From: Candidatus Latescibacterota bacterium
GTDB lineage: Bacteria; Latescibacterota; UBA2968; UBA8231
Reading direction: 5' to 3'
Assembly (NCBI GenBank): GCA_965261395.1
Contig: OZ253462.1
Location: 2,016,001 to 2,080,000 of the forward strand
DNA: 64,000 bases
In this document: piece after piece, positions 21,125 to 31,084 of the stretch
Layout: the number at the start of each line of letters is the position of its first letter
Numbering within the stretch: the first letter of the stretch is position 1
Notes under the pieces: model-generated
The model's database searches: none
The model's input: only the letters and a program-made list of their open reading frames with translations
Told to the model about the DNA's origin: nothing
Position numbers and translations under genes: made by a program

Positions 21125-23086
21125 ATGAATGTAGTGCAGGCCGGGTTCCTGCTAATGCTCGTGGCCCTAGTAGGATGCGGCCGGGAAAGTCAAGCAGCGC
21201 ACCCAGCGGCCGAGGGCGACATACCTCGCACCGCGTGGCCCGAAAGCTGGTTCCACCCGCCGCGCACCGCTTCGGAAGTCGGCTTGACGACCTTCCGCCA
21301 GTCGCCCATGCTCGACGAACTCGTGGCCGCCGGTGAGTTGCCGCCGGTGGCGGAGCGGCTGCCCGACGCCCCGATCGTCGTCGAACCCATCGACGGGATC
21401 GGCACCTACGGGGGCACCGCTCGGCTCTTCCTCGCCGGCGAACAGCTCCTCAACGTACCCGAAGGAACCCTGCGCCCGGGGCCGCAGCTACAGCTAACCC
21501 TGCCCAACTTTGCCGCGCGAGTCGATTACCACAACGACGCGCAGACCCTGACGGTCGCCCTGCGGCCCGGCCACAAGTGGTCTGACGGCCACCCGGTGAC
21601 GGCCGACGACTTTGTCTTTTGGTTCGATCGCGTCCACATGAACAAAAGCCTCACGCCCGTGGTGTCGCCCCGCTTTAAGGGGGCCCGCATCGAAAAGCAC
21701 GGCCCCCACCTTTTTAGCTATCACTTTCCCCAGCCGATGCCGCTTTTTGTCAAGCACCTCGCCCACAACAGCTCGCACCTGTCGGCACCGGCACACTTTA
21801 TGCACCGCTATCATCCAGACTTTACCGCCGCGGATCAGCTAGCGCGCGAAGCAGTAGAGCTCGGCTTGCAAGACTGGCGCACCTACTTCCAAGCCGTCCT
21901 CAACACGCGCGACCTAATGGTCTTCCACAAGCCGGTACAGACCGCTTATGTGGTGGTCAGCAAGACATCGACGCGCGTCCGCTACCGCCGCAACCCCTAT
22001 TACCCCAAAGTAGATCCAGCCGGCAATCAATTACCTTATATAGATTATCTTGAAGTCCAGCGGGTTGACAGCCCCGAGATCATGGCGGCCAAGGCCGCTA
22101 CCGGGCAGGTCGATTTTGCCGGGCGGCAGTTTAAGACCGCCGACATCCCGCTATTTAAGCGCTTCGAGCAGGACAACGGCTATGCGACCTACCTCTGGCC
22201 CCGTCCCTACGGCTCGGACGTGGCTTTCATGGTCAATATGACCCACCCCGACGAGCGGCTCAGGCGGATTTTTCAGGACGTGCGCTTTCGCCGCGCCCTC
22301 TCGCTAGCCATCAACCGCGCGGAGATCAACCACATCGCCTATTACGGGCAAGGGGTCCCGCGCCAGTTGACGGTCGTATCTTCGAGCCGCTACTTTGAGC
22401 CGGCCTTTGCCACAGCTTGGGCCGAGCACGATCCGCAACGCGCCGGTGCCCTGCTCGACGAGATGGGGCTGATAGACCGCAACGGCGACGGCCGGCGCGA
22501 CCACCCCGATGGCCACCCGCTCGAAATTACGCTGGAGTACACAATCGGGGAGACGCCCAAGCAAGTCACGGTGGACTTGGTGACCGCCCACTGGCGCGAA
22601 GTGGGGCTGCACATCAACCGCAAGCAAATAAGCGGCGCGCTGCAAGGTATCCGCACCCGAGGCGGGGTTATGGACATGAGCATCTGGCACGCCGACCGCA
22701 ACGCCGACATCCTCTTTCCCATCGAGCCTTTTTGGTACGTGCCCATGCACGTGGGGCAGGAGGTGACCCAGTGGCCGGAGTGGTCGCGGTGGTACCGGTC
22801 GGACGGAGCGCGCGGCTGGATGCCACCCGACAAGGTCCGGGACCTAATCGCCTGGTGGGAGGTGCTCCGCCGCACACCGGATCTTCAAGAGCGCATCGCC
22901 ATGGGCAAGAAAATTCTCCAGAGCCAAGCCGAAAACCTGTGGGCCCTCGGCATCATCGGCCTAGGGCCACATCCCGTCATCGTTAGCAACCGGCTGCGCA
23001 ATGTCCCGCGCCAGGGCTATTGGGGGTGGGATTCGCGCTGGTCTTGGCCCTACTATCCAGAGACTTGGTATCTGCAACAAGACTGA
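21125..23086 (+). CDS. ABC transporter substrate-binding lipoprotein, family 5
   Basis: Lipobox LVGC, GELPPVAERLP, LRPGHKWSDGHPVTADD and DPAGNQLPYID. The start is uncertain; an extended -10 (TGgTATAAT) lies at 21112-21120. Confidence 0.92.
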   Translation: MNVVQAGFLLMLVALVGCGRESQAAHPAAEGDIPRTAWPESWFHPPRTASEVGLTTFRQSPMLDELVAAGELPPVAERLPDAPIVVEPIDGIGTYGGTARLFLAGEQLLNVPEGTLRPGPQLQLTLPNFAARVDYHNDAQTLTVALRPGHKWSDGHPVTADDFVFWFDRVHMNKSLTPVVSPRFKGARIEKHGPHLFSYHFPQPMPLFVKHLAHNSSHLSAPAHFMHRYHPDFTAADQLAREAVELGLQDWRTYFQAVLNTRDLMVFHKPVQTAYVVVSKTSTRVRYRRNPYYPKVDPAGNQLPYIDYLEVQRVDSPEIMAAKAATGQVDFAGRQFKTADIPLFKRFEQDNGYATYLWPRPYGSDVAFMVNMTHPDERLRRIFQDVRFRRALSLAINRAEINHIAYYGQGVPRQLTVVSSSRYFEPAFATAWAEHDPQRAGALLDEMGLIDRNGDGRRDHPDGHPLEITLEYTIGETPKQVTVDLVTAHWREVGLHINRKQISGALQGIRTRGGVMDMSIWHADRNADILFPIEPFWYVPMHVGQEVTQWPEWSRWYRSDGARGWMPPDKVRDLIAWWEVLRRTPDLQERIAMGKKILQSQAENLWALGIIGLGPHPVIVSNRLRNVPRQGYWGWDSRWSWPYYPETWYLQQD

Positions 23087-23089
23087 GCC

Positions 23090-24073
23090 ATGATCAACTA
23101 CATTATCCGCCGCGTCCTAATTATGATCCCCACGCTGATAGCTGTCTCGGTGCTGGTCTTCGTCGTCATCCAGTTGCCGCCCGGGGACATCATCACGTCG
23201 CGCCTACAAGAGCTACAGGCCGAGGGCCAAGACATATCCGAGGAGCAGATCACCGCCCTGCGCGCTCGCTACCACCTCGACGACCCAATGTTCATCCAAT
23301 ACTTCAAGTGGATAGGCGGCTTCCTCCAAGGCGATATGGGCTATTCGGTGATGTACGGCCAGTCGGTCAACAATCTGATCTGGGAGCGGCTTGGCTACAC
23401 CTTGCTGATTACCTCGACCGCGACCCTGTTGACTTGGCTGGTGGCCTTCCCGGTGGGCGTCTATTCGGCCCTGCGCCAGTACTCAGCGCTCGACTACGCG
23501 GCGACTCTCGCGGCCTTCATCGGCCTGGCAACGCCCAACTTCCTGCTCGCACTGGTTTTGATGTACTTGGGATACGAGTGGTTTGGGATCGCCGTGGGCG
23601 GGTTGTTTTCTCCCGAATACGCGAGTGCGCCGTGGAGCTTGGCTAAACTCGCCGATTTTCTCGGACATCTATGGATCCCGGCCGTGGTCATCGGCACGGC
23701 CGGCATGGCCGGGCTGATGCGCATCATGCGCGCCAATCTCCTCGACGAGCTGGGCAAGCCCTACGTAACTACGGCGCTGGCCAAGGGCCTTGGCCCGATC
23801 CGCTTGGTGATTAAGTACCCGTTGCGCATTGCCATCAATCCCTTTATCAGCACGGTCGGCTGGATGCTGCCGCACCTGATCTCCGGCTCGGCCATCACCA
23901 GCGTGGTGTTGAGCCTGCCGACGACCGGCCCCTTGCTGCTCGATTCCCTCCGCAACCAAGACATGTATTTGGCGGGCAGTTTCCTCCTCATGCTCAGCGT
24001 CCTGACGGTGATCGGTACCCTGCTATCGGACATTCTCCTGGCCATTGCCGACCCGCGCATCCGCTATGAGTGA
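23090..24073 (+). CDS. ABC transporter permease (OppB/DppB-like)
   Basis: YIIRR, GDMGYS and EAA-like YVTTALAKGL loop. Confidence 0.93.
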   Translation: MINYIIRRVLIMIPTLIAVSVLVFVVIQLPPGDIITSRLQELQAEGQDISEEQITALRARYHLDDPMFIQYFKWIGGFLQGDMGYSVMYGQSVNNLIWERLGYTLLITSTATLLTWLVAFPVGVYSALRQYSALDYAATLAAFIGLATPNFLLALVLMYLGYEWFGIAVGGLFSPEYASAPWSLAKLADFLGHLWIPAVVIGTAGMAGLMRIMRANLLDELGKPYVTTALAKGLGPIRLVIKYPLRIAINPFISTVGWMLPHLISGSAITSVVLSLPTTGPLLLDSLRNQDMYLAGSFLLMLSVLTVIGTLLSDILLAIADPRIRYE

Positions 24074-25172
24074 AGATCGCCCCACAACCCAACTAGCCGA
24101 CGCCTCGCAATGGCGGCTGATGTGGATGCGCTTTCGCCGCCATCGGCTGGCCCTAGCCGGCAGTGCGGTGCTGATCGCGCTCTACGGCCTCGCAGCCCTG
24201 TGCGAATTTATTTCACCTTACCAGCCCGATCAGCGCCACGCGCAATACGTCCTCTGCCCGCCGCAGTCGATCCGCTTGTTCGACGGCGAGGGGCGCTTTC
24301 ACTGGCGGCCCTTTGTCCACGGCGTGCGGCAAGACACCGCCGCCGGCCCGTGGCAGCGCGAATATCTCGTCGATACCGAGGCCGTGTATCCGATCCGCTT
24401 GTTCGTGCGCGGCCCGGCCTACGAGTTTTGGGGGCTTTTCAACGCGGACTGGCACTTGTTCAGCGCGGGCAGCGGGCCGCTGTTCCTCTTTGGCACCGAC
24501 GATTTGGGCCGCGATCTGTTCAGCCGAATTATACACGGGGCGCGCATTTCGCTCACCATTGGGCTGATCGGCGTGGCCCTGACCTTCCTCATCGGCATCC
24601 TGCTGGGGGGCGTGGCGGGTTATTACAGCGGCTGGGTCGATGTGATAGTGCAGCGAATGATCGAGGTCCTGATGGCCGTGCCGCAGCTACCGCTGTGGAT
24701 GGCGTTGAGCGCGGCACTGCCGGCGCACTGGGCACCGCTGCGGATTTACTTTGGCGTCACCATCATCCTCTCGCTGATGGGCTGGACTGGGTTGGCGCGG
24801 GTGGTGCGTGGCCGCTTTCTGTCGCTGCGCGAAGAGGATTTTGTGGTCGCCGCCCGCCTGTCGGGCACTCACGAGTTGAAAATCATCTTCAAACACCTGC
24901 TGCCGTCGTTCCTCAGCCACGTGATCACGTCGGCCACCCTAGCGGTGCCGAGCATGATTCTCGGCGAGACCGCGCTGAGTTTTTTGGGGATTGGGCTGCG
25001 GGCACCCGTGGTTAGTTGGGGGGTGTTGCTGCAAAAGGCGCAGAACTTTCAGGCCGTGGCCATGGCGCCGTGGCTGTTGCTGCCTGGGCTTTTCGTGGTC
25101 ATCGCGGTCTTAGCTTTCAACGTGGTCGGCGATGGGATGCGCGACGCGGCCGATCCGTATTCCAGCCGGTAG
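24066..25172 (+). CDS. ABC transporter permease (OppC/DppC-like)
   Basis: FGTDDLGRDLFSRII.G.RISL, LREEDFVVAAR and ETALSFLGIG. Confidence 0.93.
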   Translation: MSEDRPTTQLADASQWRLMWMRFRRHRLALAGSAVLIALYGLAALCEFISPYQPDQRHAQYVLCPPQSIRLFDGEGRFHWRPFVHGVRQDTAAGPWQREYLVDTEAVYPIRLFVRGPAYEFWGLFNADWHLFSAGSGPLFLFGTDDLGRDLFSRIIHGARISLTIGLIGVALTFLIGILLGGVAGYYSGWVDVIVQRMIEVLMAVPQLPLWMALSAALPAHWAPLRIYFGVTIILSLMGWTGLARVVRGRFLSLREEDFVVAARLSGTHELKIIFKHLLPSFLSHVITSATLAVPSMILGETALSFLGIGLRAPVVSWGVLLQKAQNFQAVAMAPWLLLPGLFVVIAVLAFNVVGDGMRDAADPYSSR

Positions 25173-25198
25173 TTGCTCTTAAAAAGAGGAAAAAAGCT

Positions 25199-26032
25199 AT
25201 GCAAGATTGGACGCTATTCCTTGGAGACTGCGCGGAACAGCTCCGGCATATTGCATCGGACTCGGTGGACTTGGTCGTTACTTCACCTCCTTATACCAAT
25301 CAGCGATCTGACACGTATGGAGGGGTAACGCCGGACGACTACGTGGAGTGGTTTCTGCCCATCGCCGATGAGTTGCAGCGGGTCTTGAAGCCGACGGGCA
25401 CGTTTGTCTTAAACATCAAAGAACGAGTCGTGAACGGTGAGCGGCATACCTATGTGCTGGAACTCATTTTGGCCATGCGCAAGCGGGGCTGGCTGTGGAC
25501 GGAAGAGTTTATCTGGCACAAGAAAAACTGTTATCCGGGGAAATGGCCCAATCGGTTCCGGGATGCGTGGGAGCGGCTTTTGCAATTCAACCTACAGCGC
25601 AAGTTCAAGATGAACCAAGATGCGGTGATGGTTCCCGTCGGCGATTGGCACGCAAGCCGCATGCGTACCTTGAGCGAGACGGACCGCGCCCGCGACGAAT
25701 CCAAGGTAGGCAGCGGCTTCGGCAAAAAGGTCGCGAATTGGTTAGACCGCGATAAGGTATATCCCAATAACGTGCTCCACCGCGCCACCGAATGTAGCAA
25801 TCGGCAACACAGTGCCGCGTTTCCCTATTGGTTGCCCGAGTGGTTCATAGACCTTTTCACGGATGCGGGGGACGTAGTGCTAGACCCGTTTATCGGCTCG
25901 GGTACGACGGCGTTTGCTGCGCTGGACAAAGGGCGGCGCGTGATCGGCATTGAGATTCGCAAGCCCTATTGCGATGCACTCAAAGGGCAATTGGAAGAGA
26001 AATATGGGCAATCTCTGAAGCTGGTTGTGTGA
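25199..26032 (+). CDS. Site-specific DNA methyltransferase (N4-C/N6-A, beta class)
   Basis: VTSPPY, HSAAFP and VLDPFIGSGTT; RBS AGAGGA. Confidence 0.93.
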   Translation: MQDWTLFLGDCAEQLRHIASDSVDLVVTSPPYTNQRSDTYGGVTPDDYVEWFLPIADELQRVLKPTGTFVLNIKERVVNGERHTYVLELILAMRKRGWLWTEEFIWHKKNCYPGKWPNRFRDAWERLLQFNLQRKFKMNQDAVMVPVGDWHASRMRTLSETDRARDESKVGSGFGKKVANWLDRDKVYPNNVLHRATECSNRQHSAAFPYWLPEWFIDLFTDAGDVVLDPFIGSGTTAFAALDKGRRVIGIEIRKPYCDALKGQLEEKYGQSLKLVV

Positions 26033-26082
26033 CCCGCATTATAGACGAAGATATAATGGGTTATATCCGAGCTATACTATGA
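26029..26082 (+). pseudogene. Possible N-terminal stub of the cognate restriction endonuclease
   Basis: A GTGA overlap with the MTase stop starts MTRIIDEDIMGYIRAIL*, at the position where a Type II REase would be expected. Confidence 0.35.
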
Positions 26083-26254
26083 TTGTAAATGGATTTTGCT
26101 ATAGAACAACAGAGTGGATTAAATACAACAAGACTTAATAAAGATGTCCAAGCCCATCATCGACTAAATTGGCCGTGTATTAGCAAATCACTACTGCTGT
26201 ACCGACAAGAACCGGAGCTTTATAATCAGCATCAAATACCATATGGAGCGGTAA

Positions 26255-29200
26255 ATGCTTACGGAAAAACAGCAAAAGATATATGACTGGCTGGATAGTA
26301 AACTCCTCTTGCCCGTGCATGCAGAAGCATACAAAGGCGCTGTACACTTATTAAAAGAGAAGTCTCCAGGCTACGTTACTTTTGTATCACACGCAGGTAG
26401 AGATATTATAAACACACTAGCTTCAATCGTTATTAGTGCCAAATCCCCTCAAGTTCAATATGTTTACCTAGTGAATGAACTGAAAAAGAAATGGCAAGAT
26501 GAATGGCATAGACAAGTACAATCTTCTTCCCAGAATCAGAAAGATGGACATGTAATATCTGACGATGTATATGATATGATAACAAACCTAATAGAGGAAC
26601 ACAAGGAGGGGCGAATCAGAAGTCAAAAGGCAGATGAGCGTTTCTTTTATACTTTTTTAGGTTATCCTGACAGAGATCAGATTCCCAAGTTAGAAAAATG
26701 GGAAAAAGCAAAGGAATTTTTTAAAGAAATCACCCACTTACGTGGAACGGATTTTTCCGCAGAAATACCGTCCAAGGTGGAAGAAAACTTTGAAACTCTT
26801 GAGGAATTTCTATATACTGCTGCAACAAAGGCATATAGCCGCTTAAGGAGCTTGGATGAAATCATAAAAGAAACTAACAAATCTCGGAAGAAACTAAAAA
26901 GTGAAACGGTAGATAGAGCATTAAAGCTGATTGAGAAAGAAACTGATCGTCAGCACTTCTTCTCTCGTCTGAAAAATCCTCGGTGGATTCAGCCATTGGC
27001 TGAACGCGGACGTTTTAAGTCTCCTCCTGCTATTAGGCATTTGCCCGACGGTTATGTTCAATATCCTTTCTGGCCGGAGCTTGAATATCTCAAGAATGTG
27101 TCTCTTGAAGCTCCGAAGGAAGTTATCCAGAAGGAAGTTATCCAGATCGTGTTGGGACTCCCTGTGGTCGATAACCCGAGAATTTATAATGACATTCTGG
27201 ACATCGCACTGTCACTCTATGGTGAACAATCCGCACGGCTCAAGCCAAAAATGCTCGAATACGCTAGGCTTGAGCACCAGTTTCTCGCTCATAGATACCA
27301 CGAACTTGTAGTTCATTGGGTGGTCGAGAATCAAATACAGGCCGCATTGGAACTTGTGGAAATACTCGTTCAATTTCATCCCGATCCTAAAGCCGAAGGA
27401 AAGATAAAAGAAAAAAGAGAGAATCCTCATTCATTTACCATGCTTGAGCCAATTCCTAAGCTCGAAGAATGGGACTACCAAGAACTCTTAGACAAAGGCG
27501 TTCGTTCACTCGCAGATAAAGCACCTGTTCAAGTAGCCCGTATGCTGATAGAGGCTACGGCGAGAATGATTCTTTTAAGAAAGAGTCGGGACGAACTTGA
27601 AAGCGGTTCGATCCAAGATGAATCAGAGGTGTGGTGTCCAAAGCTCAATGAAGAGAGCCAAGAGTATCAAGATCCAGAAGAGAATCTAGTCCATGTGCTA
27701 GTCTATGCTTGTGAGAAGGTTTATGAGTATTTACCTGATTCAATAGTAGTTCTAGACAACACCTTACGGAACCAACGGTGGAATGTTTTCAAACGACTTC
27801 GACAACACCTTTACGCTTTACATCCGAGCGAACTCACTAAGCCGTGGATTCGGGAGTTCATTCTATCGCATGGAGACTATGAGAAGTATCAGCATGCCTA
27901 CGAGTTTCAACAGATGATAAGGGTGTCTTGTGAATATTTCGGAGAGGAATTGCTTGCAGAAGAAGAGCGAACTCAAATTTTTGATACTATTCTCAGAGGC
28001 CCTTCGGAGCCTTCGGAGGAAAACTATCGTAAATTTCTTGAAAGTATCGGAGAAGAATTTACTGAATCATATTTCGATGGCCAGAAACGCAATTTCCATC
28101 GCTTGCAACTCAGGCCATTTGCTGCGCTGCTCTTTGGAAAGTACTCAACCTATTTTGAAGAACTCAAAAATGACGAAGAAAAAGAGATCACTGACGATGC
28201 CTACTTGCTCTTCCAGACATCTGAAGTCAGAGACGTCACCTTTCGTAGCCCTAGATCGCCTGACGAACTTTCCAAGCTCTCGAACGAGAAGCTATTAGAC
28301 TACATCAATGAGTGGCAAGATGAGCACATAGGCCCAGATGATTGGACAAGGATCAATATTTCGGCCCTTGCCGAAGCGTTCCAGTCTGTTTTCACCGAGT
28401 CGATTATACCGAACAATGACAGGCTGGTGTTCTGGACCGAGAAGAGTCGCGAGCGGATTGAGCGACCCATCTACGTCCAACGCATTATTCAAGCCATGCA
28501 CGCGCAAGTAGAAAGAGGAATTTTTGAACAACTCGACCGATGGTTTGACTTCTGTAAATGGGTGATTTCTAATCCTGATGAAGGTGAGAAGGCCCACCTT
28601 CCCTATAATGAGCCATTGCGAGAAGATCCAACTTGGCGTTCTCCGAGGATCGCTGTTTGTGATTTTGTCAACCTTTGCCTCAAGGAGGAAGTCAATGTAC
28701 CAATTTCCGCTCGGAAACAACTGGCCGAGATTCTAGAGGTGCTCTGCACTCAGTTCGATTGGACTCTGGATCGAGACCAGCTTGACCAACTTGTTTTGTT
28801 GAACCGTAGTCCGGCTACCCAAGCTATCAATACCACACGAGGCCTCGCATTGGCAAACTTGGGTAATTTTGGAAGTTGGGTGCGACGGCATGATAACAAG
28901 GCTGAAGTCCCTGAGATCACGTCTATTCTCGAAAAGTGTTTCAAACCGGAAGCAGAGTATCCGCTAACGATCCCAGAGCATGCAATTCTGGGTATGAACT
29001 ACTGGCGGATCTGCCAGCTCAATCCGGGATGGGCGGCTAATCACAAATCATACTTCTTCCCCCAAGACAATACGCCAGCTCGGCAGGCGGCCTTTAGGAA
29101 TTTTCTGCGACATAATCGCCCCTACAGACCAGCCTTTAATCTTGTTCGCAGTGAATTCGAGTTTGCGCTAGAACATCTGGATGTCTTGAAACAACAAGAT

Positions 29201-29818
29201 CGGTTCGTCGATACCCTTGGCAAACATCTGTTCCTCTACTATTTAGGGGGCGCATATCCACTGACGAGCGACAGTAGCCTGCTAGAACGCTTTTACCAAA
29301 AATCCGAGAACGAACTAACGCATTGGGCGACATTATTCGACAATGTAGGGCGTTTACTGGAGAATGCCGGTAAGAGGCTTGATAGAAACTTGACGGATAG
29401 AGCAATTGCCTTCTTCGAGTGGCGACTAGAAGCGAAAGAACCGACTGAACTTCGCAAGTTTACTTTCTGGCTGGAAGCCGAGTGTTTGGGAGCCGAGTGG
29501 AGATTAGAAGTCTATTCCAAAATTTTGGATGTGCCTGGTATCTTAGATGTAGATCAGAGCGGACGCGAGATGAGCCTTTGGTCTTCGTTGAGATCGTTGC
29601 ATACTATGCTCCCTGAGCACACGACACAAGTGGTCGAATGTTTTGCCAAGCTGATCCTTTCCATACCCGAAGATCGCTCAATCTACATCCCAACGAACGA
29701 GGCGCGAGCAATTCTGAAAGCCGGTTTCGATCACGAAGACGAAAGTGTGCGTAAGACCGCCAAAGACACCCGAGACAACTTACTCGGTAGGGGTTATTGG
29801 GATTATTTAAATTCTTAG
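26255..29818 (+). CDS. Uncharacterised 1187-aa alpha-helical protein (candidate defence protein)
   Basis: Long AT-rich ORF. N-terminal SHAGRD...FFKEITH domain, then FFSRLKNPRWIQPL...FKSPP...WPELEYL and long helical repeats. No Walker motif or signal peptide seen. Confidence 0.85.
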   Translation: MLTEKQQKIYDWLDSKLLLPVHAEAYKGAVHLLKEKSPGYVTFVSHAGRDIINTLASIVISAKSPQVQYVYLVNELKKKWQDEWHRQVQSSSQNQKDGHVISDDVYDMITNLIEEHKEGRIRSQKADERFFYTFLGYPDRDQIPKLEKWEKAKEFFKEITHLRGTDFSAEIPSKVEENFETLEEFLYTAATKAYSRLRSLDEIIKETNKSRKKLKSETVDRALKLIEKETDRQHFFSRLKNPRWIQPLAERGRFKSPPAIRHLPDGYVQYPFWPELEYLKNVSLEAPKEVIQKEVIQIVLGLPVVDNPRIYNDILDIALSLYGEQSARLKPKMLEYARLEHQFLAHRYHELVVHWVVENQIQAALELVEILVQFHPDPKAEGKIKEKRENPHSFTMLEPIPKLEEWDYQELLDKGVRSLADKAPVQVARMLIEATARMILLRKSRDELESGSIQDESEVWCPKLNEESQEYQDPEENLVHVLVYACEKVYEYLPDSIVVLDNTLRNQRWNVFKRLRQHLYALHPSELTKPWIREFILSHGDYEKYQHAYEFQQMIRVSCEYFGEELLAEEERTQIFDTILRGPSEPSEENYRKFLESIGEEFTESYFDGQKRNFHRLQLRPFAALLFGKYSTYFEELKNDEEKEITDDAYLLFQTSEVRDVTFRSPRSPDELSKLSNEKLLDYINEWQDEHIGPDDWTRINISALAEAFQSVFTESIIPNNDRLVFWTEKSRERIERPIYVQRIIQAMHAQVERGIFEQLDRWFDFCKWVISNPDEGEKAHLPYNEPLREDPTWRSPRIAVCDFVNLCLKEEVNVPISARKQLAEILEVLCTQFDWTLDRDQLDQLVLLNRSPATQAINTTRGLALANLGNFGSWVRRHDNKAEVPEITSILEKCFKPEAEYPLTIPEHAILGMNYWRICQLNPGWAANHKSYFFPQDNTPARQAAFRNFLRHNRPYRPAFNLVRSEFEFALEHLDVLKQQDRFVDTLGKHLFLYYLGGAYPLTSDSSLLERFYQKSENELTHWATLFDNVGRLLENAGKRLDRNLTDRAIAFFEWRLEAKEPTELRKFTFWLEAECLGAEWRLEVYSKILDVPGILDVDQSGREMSLWSSLRSLHTMLPEHTTQVVECFAKLILSIPEDRSIYIPTNEARAILKAGFDHEDESVRKTAKDTRDNLLGRGYWDYLNS

Positions 29819-29924
29819 ACTTGGAAAGCCGAACGCTGGATGCAGTGAATCCTCAAAACCGACTACTTTTGCAACTAGACGCGGCTACGCTATGAAACAG
29901 CTATGATGGAGAGAACGAAAACTG

Positions 29925-30143
29925 ATGGCAATAGATAAGAAAACGGTCTATATTGAAACCTCCGTCATATCCTATTTGACTGCTCGACCTACGAGTGGCT
30001 TAGTGGCTGCTGCTTGGACAAAAATCACGGTTGACTGGTGGGAAACACAGAGGAACCGATTTGACCTCTATACATCCGATATTACGCTTGAAGAAGCTGG
30101 TCGGGGCGACGCCGAGGCGGGAAGGTGTTATAGGAGGATTTGA
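29925..30143 (+). pseudogene. Truncated PIN-domain (VapC-like) protein
   Basis: VYIETSVISYLTARP...T.DWW...S.ITLEE..RGD is the N-terminal half of a PIN family, but the ORF ends at 72 aa without the later acidic residues. Confidence 0.75.
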
Positions 30144-30334
30144 AGATGTCTGATGAAATCATCGAGGAACTGTGGCGGATTAAAGACAGCATTGCACGGG
30201 AACATGGGTATGATATCGAAGCTCTCGTTGCCTATCTCCAGAACAAGAAAAAGGCGGAAGGTCGGCAGATTGTGGATCTGTCTACCATGAAAAAGACCGC
30301 CGAACAAGGTGCTTCATCAGCAATTGAAGACTAG
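30140..30334 (+). CDS. Small helical partner of the PIN protein (putative antitoxin)
   Basis: DEIIEELWRIKDSIAREHGYDIEAL..YL; RBS AGGAGG. Confidence 0.7.
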   Translation: MKMSDEIIEELWRIKDSIAREHGYDIEALVAYLQNKKKAEGRQIVDLSTMKKTAEQGASSAIED

Positions 30335-30497
30335 ACACTATGAATCGGGAGCACCGGGCACGCCGGCGGCGTTGCTCAGTCGCGACCTCCAAACCCGGGG
30401 ATGGCTATGCTGGCGGATAGTGGTCGCACAAGCGCACTTGACACGACTTTGAGGTTTCCTTATCCCAGTATGACATAGACGAAATAACGGAAGAAAT

Positions 30498-30701
30498 ATG
30501 TCACGTACTAACGTAAACATCGACGATCAGGCGTGCGCGGAGGTGATGCGCCGCTATCGGCTGACGACCAAGCGTGAAGCGATCAACTTCGCGCTGCGCT
30601 CGCTCGCGGTCGAGCCCCTATCCATCGACGAAGCTCGCCAGCTTCGAGGATCGGGTTGGGAGGGCGATCTCGACACATTGCGATCTGGTCGCACGACGTG
30701 A
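30498..30701 (+). CDS. vapB: VapB-family antitoxin (DUF2191-like)
   Basis: RTNVNIDD...[11 protein letters not shown]...GWEGDL..LR. Confidence 0.9.
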   Translation: MSRTNVNIDDQACAEVMRRYRLTTKREAINFALRSLAVEPLSIDEARQLRGSGWEGDLDTLRSGRTT

Positions 30702-31084
30702 TTCTGGTCGACACCTCGGCGTGGATCGAGTTTCTGCGGGACACCGGATCCGCAGCCTGCATTCGCGTCGACGTCCTGTTGGCACACGATATTGTTATCT
30801 GTGATGCCGTGCGGATGGAGGTCTTCGCTGGCGCACGGGACGAATCTCATTTGCAGAGTCTTCGCCAGCTACTCGCACGGGTGGCCATCATTCCGACGCT
30901 GCCGACGGACTACGATGATGCCGCAGCCTTCTATCGCCGTTGTCGGCGGGAAGGGGAGACCATTCGCAAGCTGATTGACTGTCTCATCGCCTCCGTCGCC
31001 ATACGCGCTGGCGTTCCCATTCTTCACAACGACGCCGACTTCAACGTGCTCGCACGCTACACGGAACTACTAATCGACTTGTGA
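30698..31084 (+). CDS. vapC: VapC PIN-domain toxin
   Basis: [21 protein letters not shown] and LHNDADF. GTGA overlap with vapB. Confidence 0.92.
   Translation: MILVDTSAWIEFLRDTGSAACIRVDVLLAHDIVICDAVRMEVFAGARDESHLQSLRQLLARVAIIPTLPTDYDDAAAFYRRCRREGETIRKLIDCLIASVAIRAGVPILHNDADFNVLARYTELLIDL

Noticed and set aside
26089-26286. 65-aa ORF before the 1187-aa gene
   Set aside because: No RBS or motif, it overlaps the next start, and it is probably spurious.
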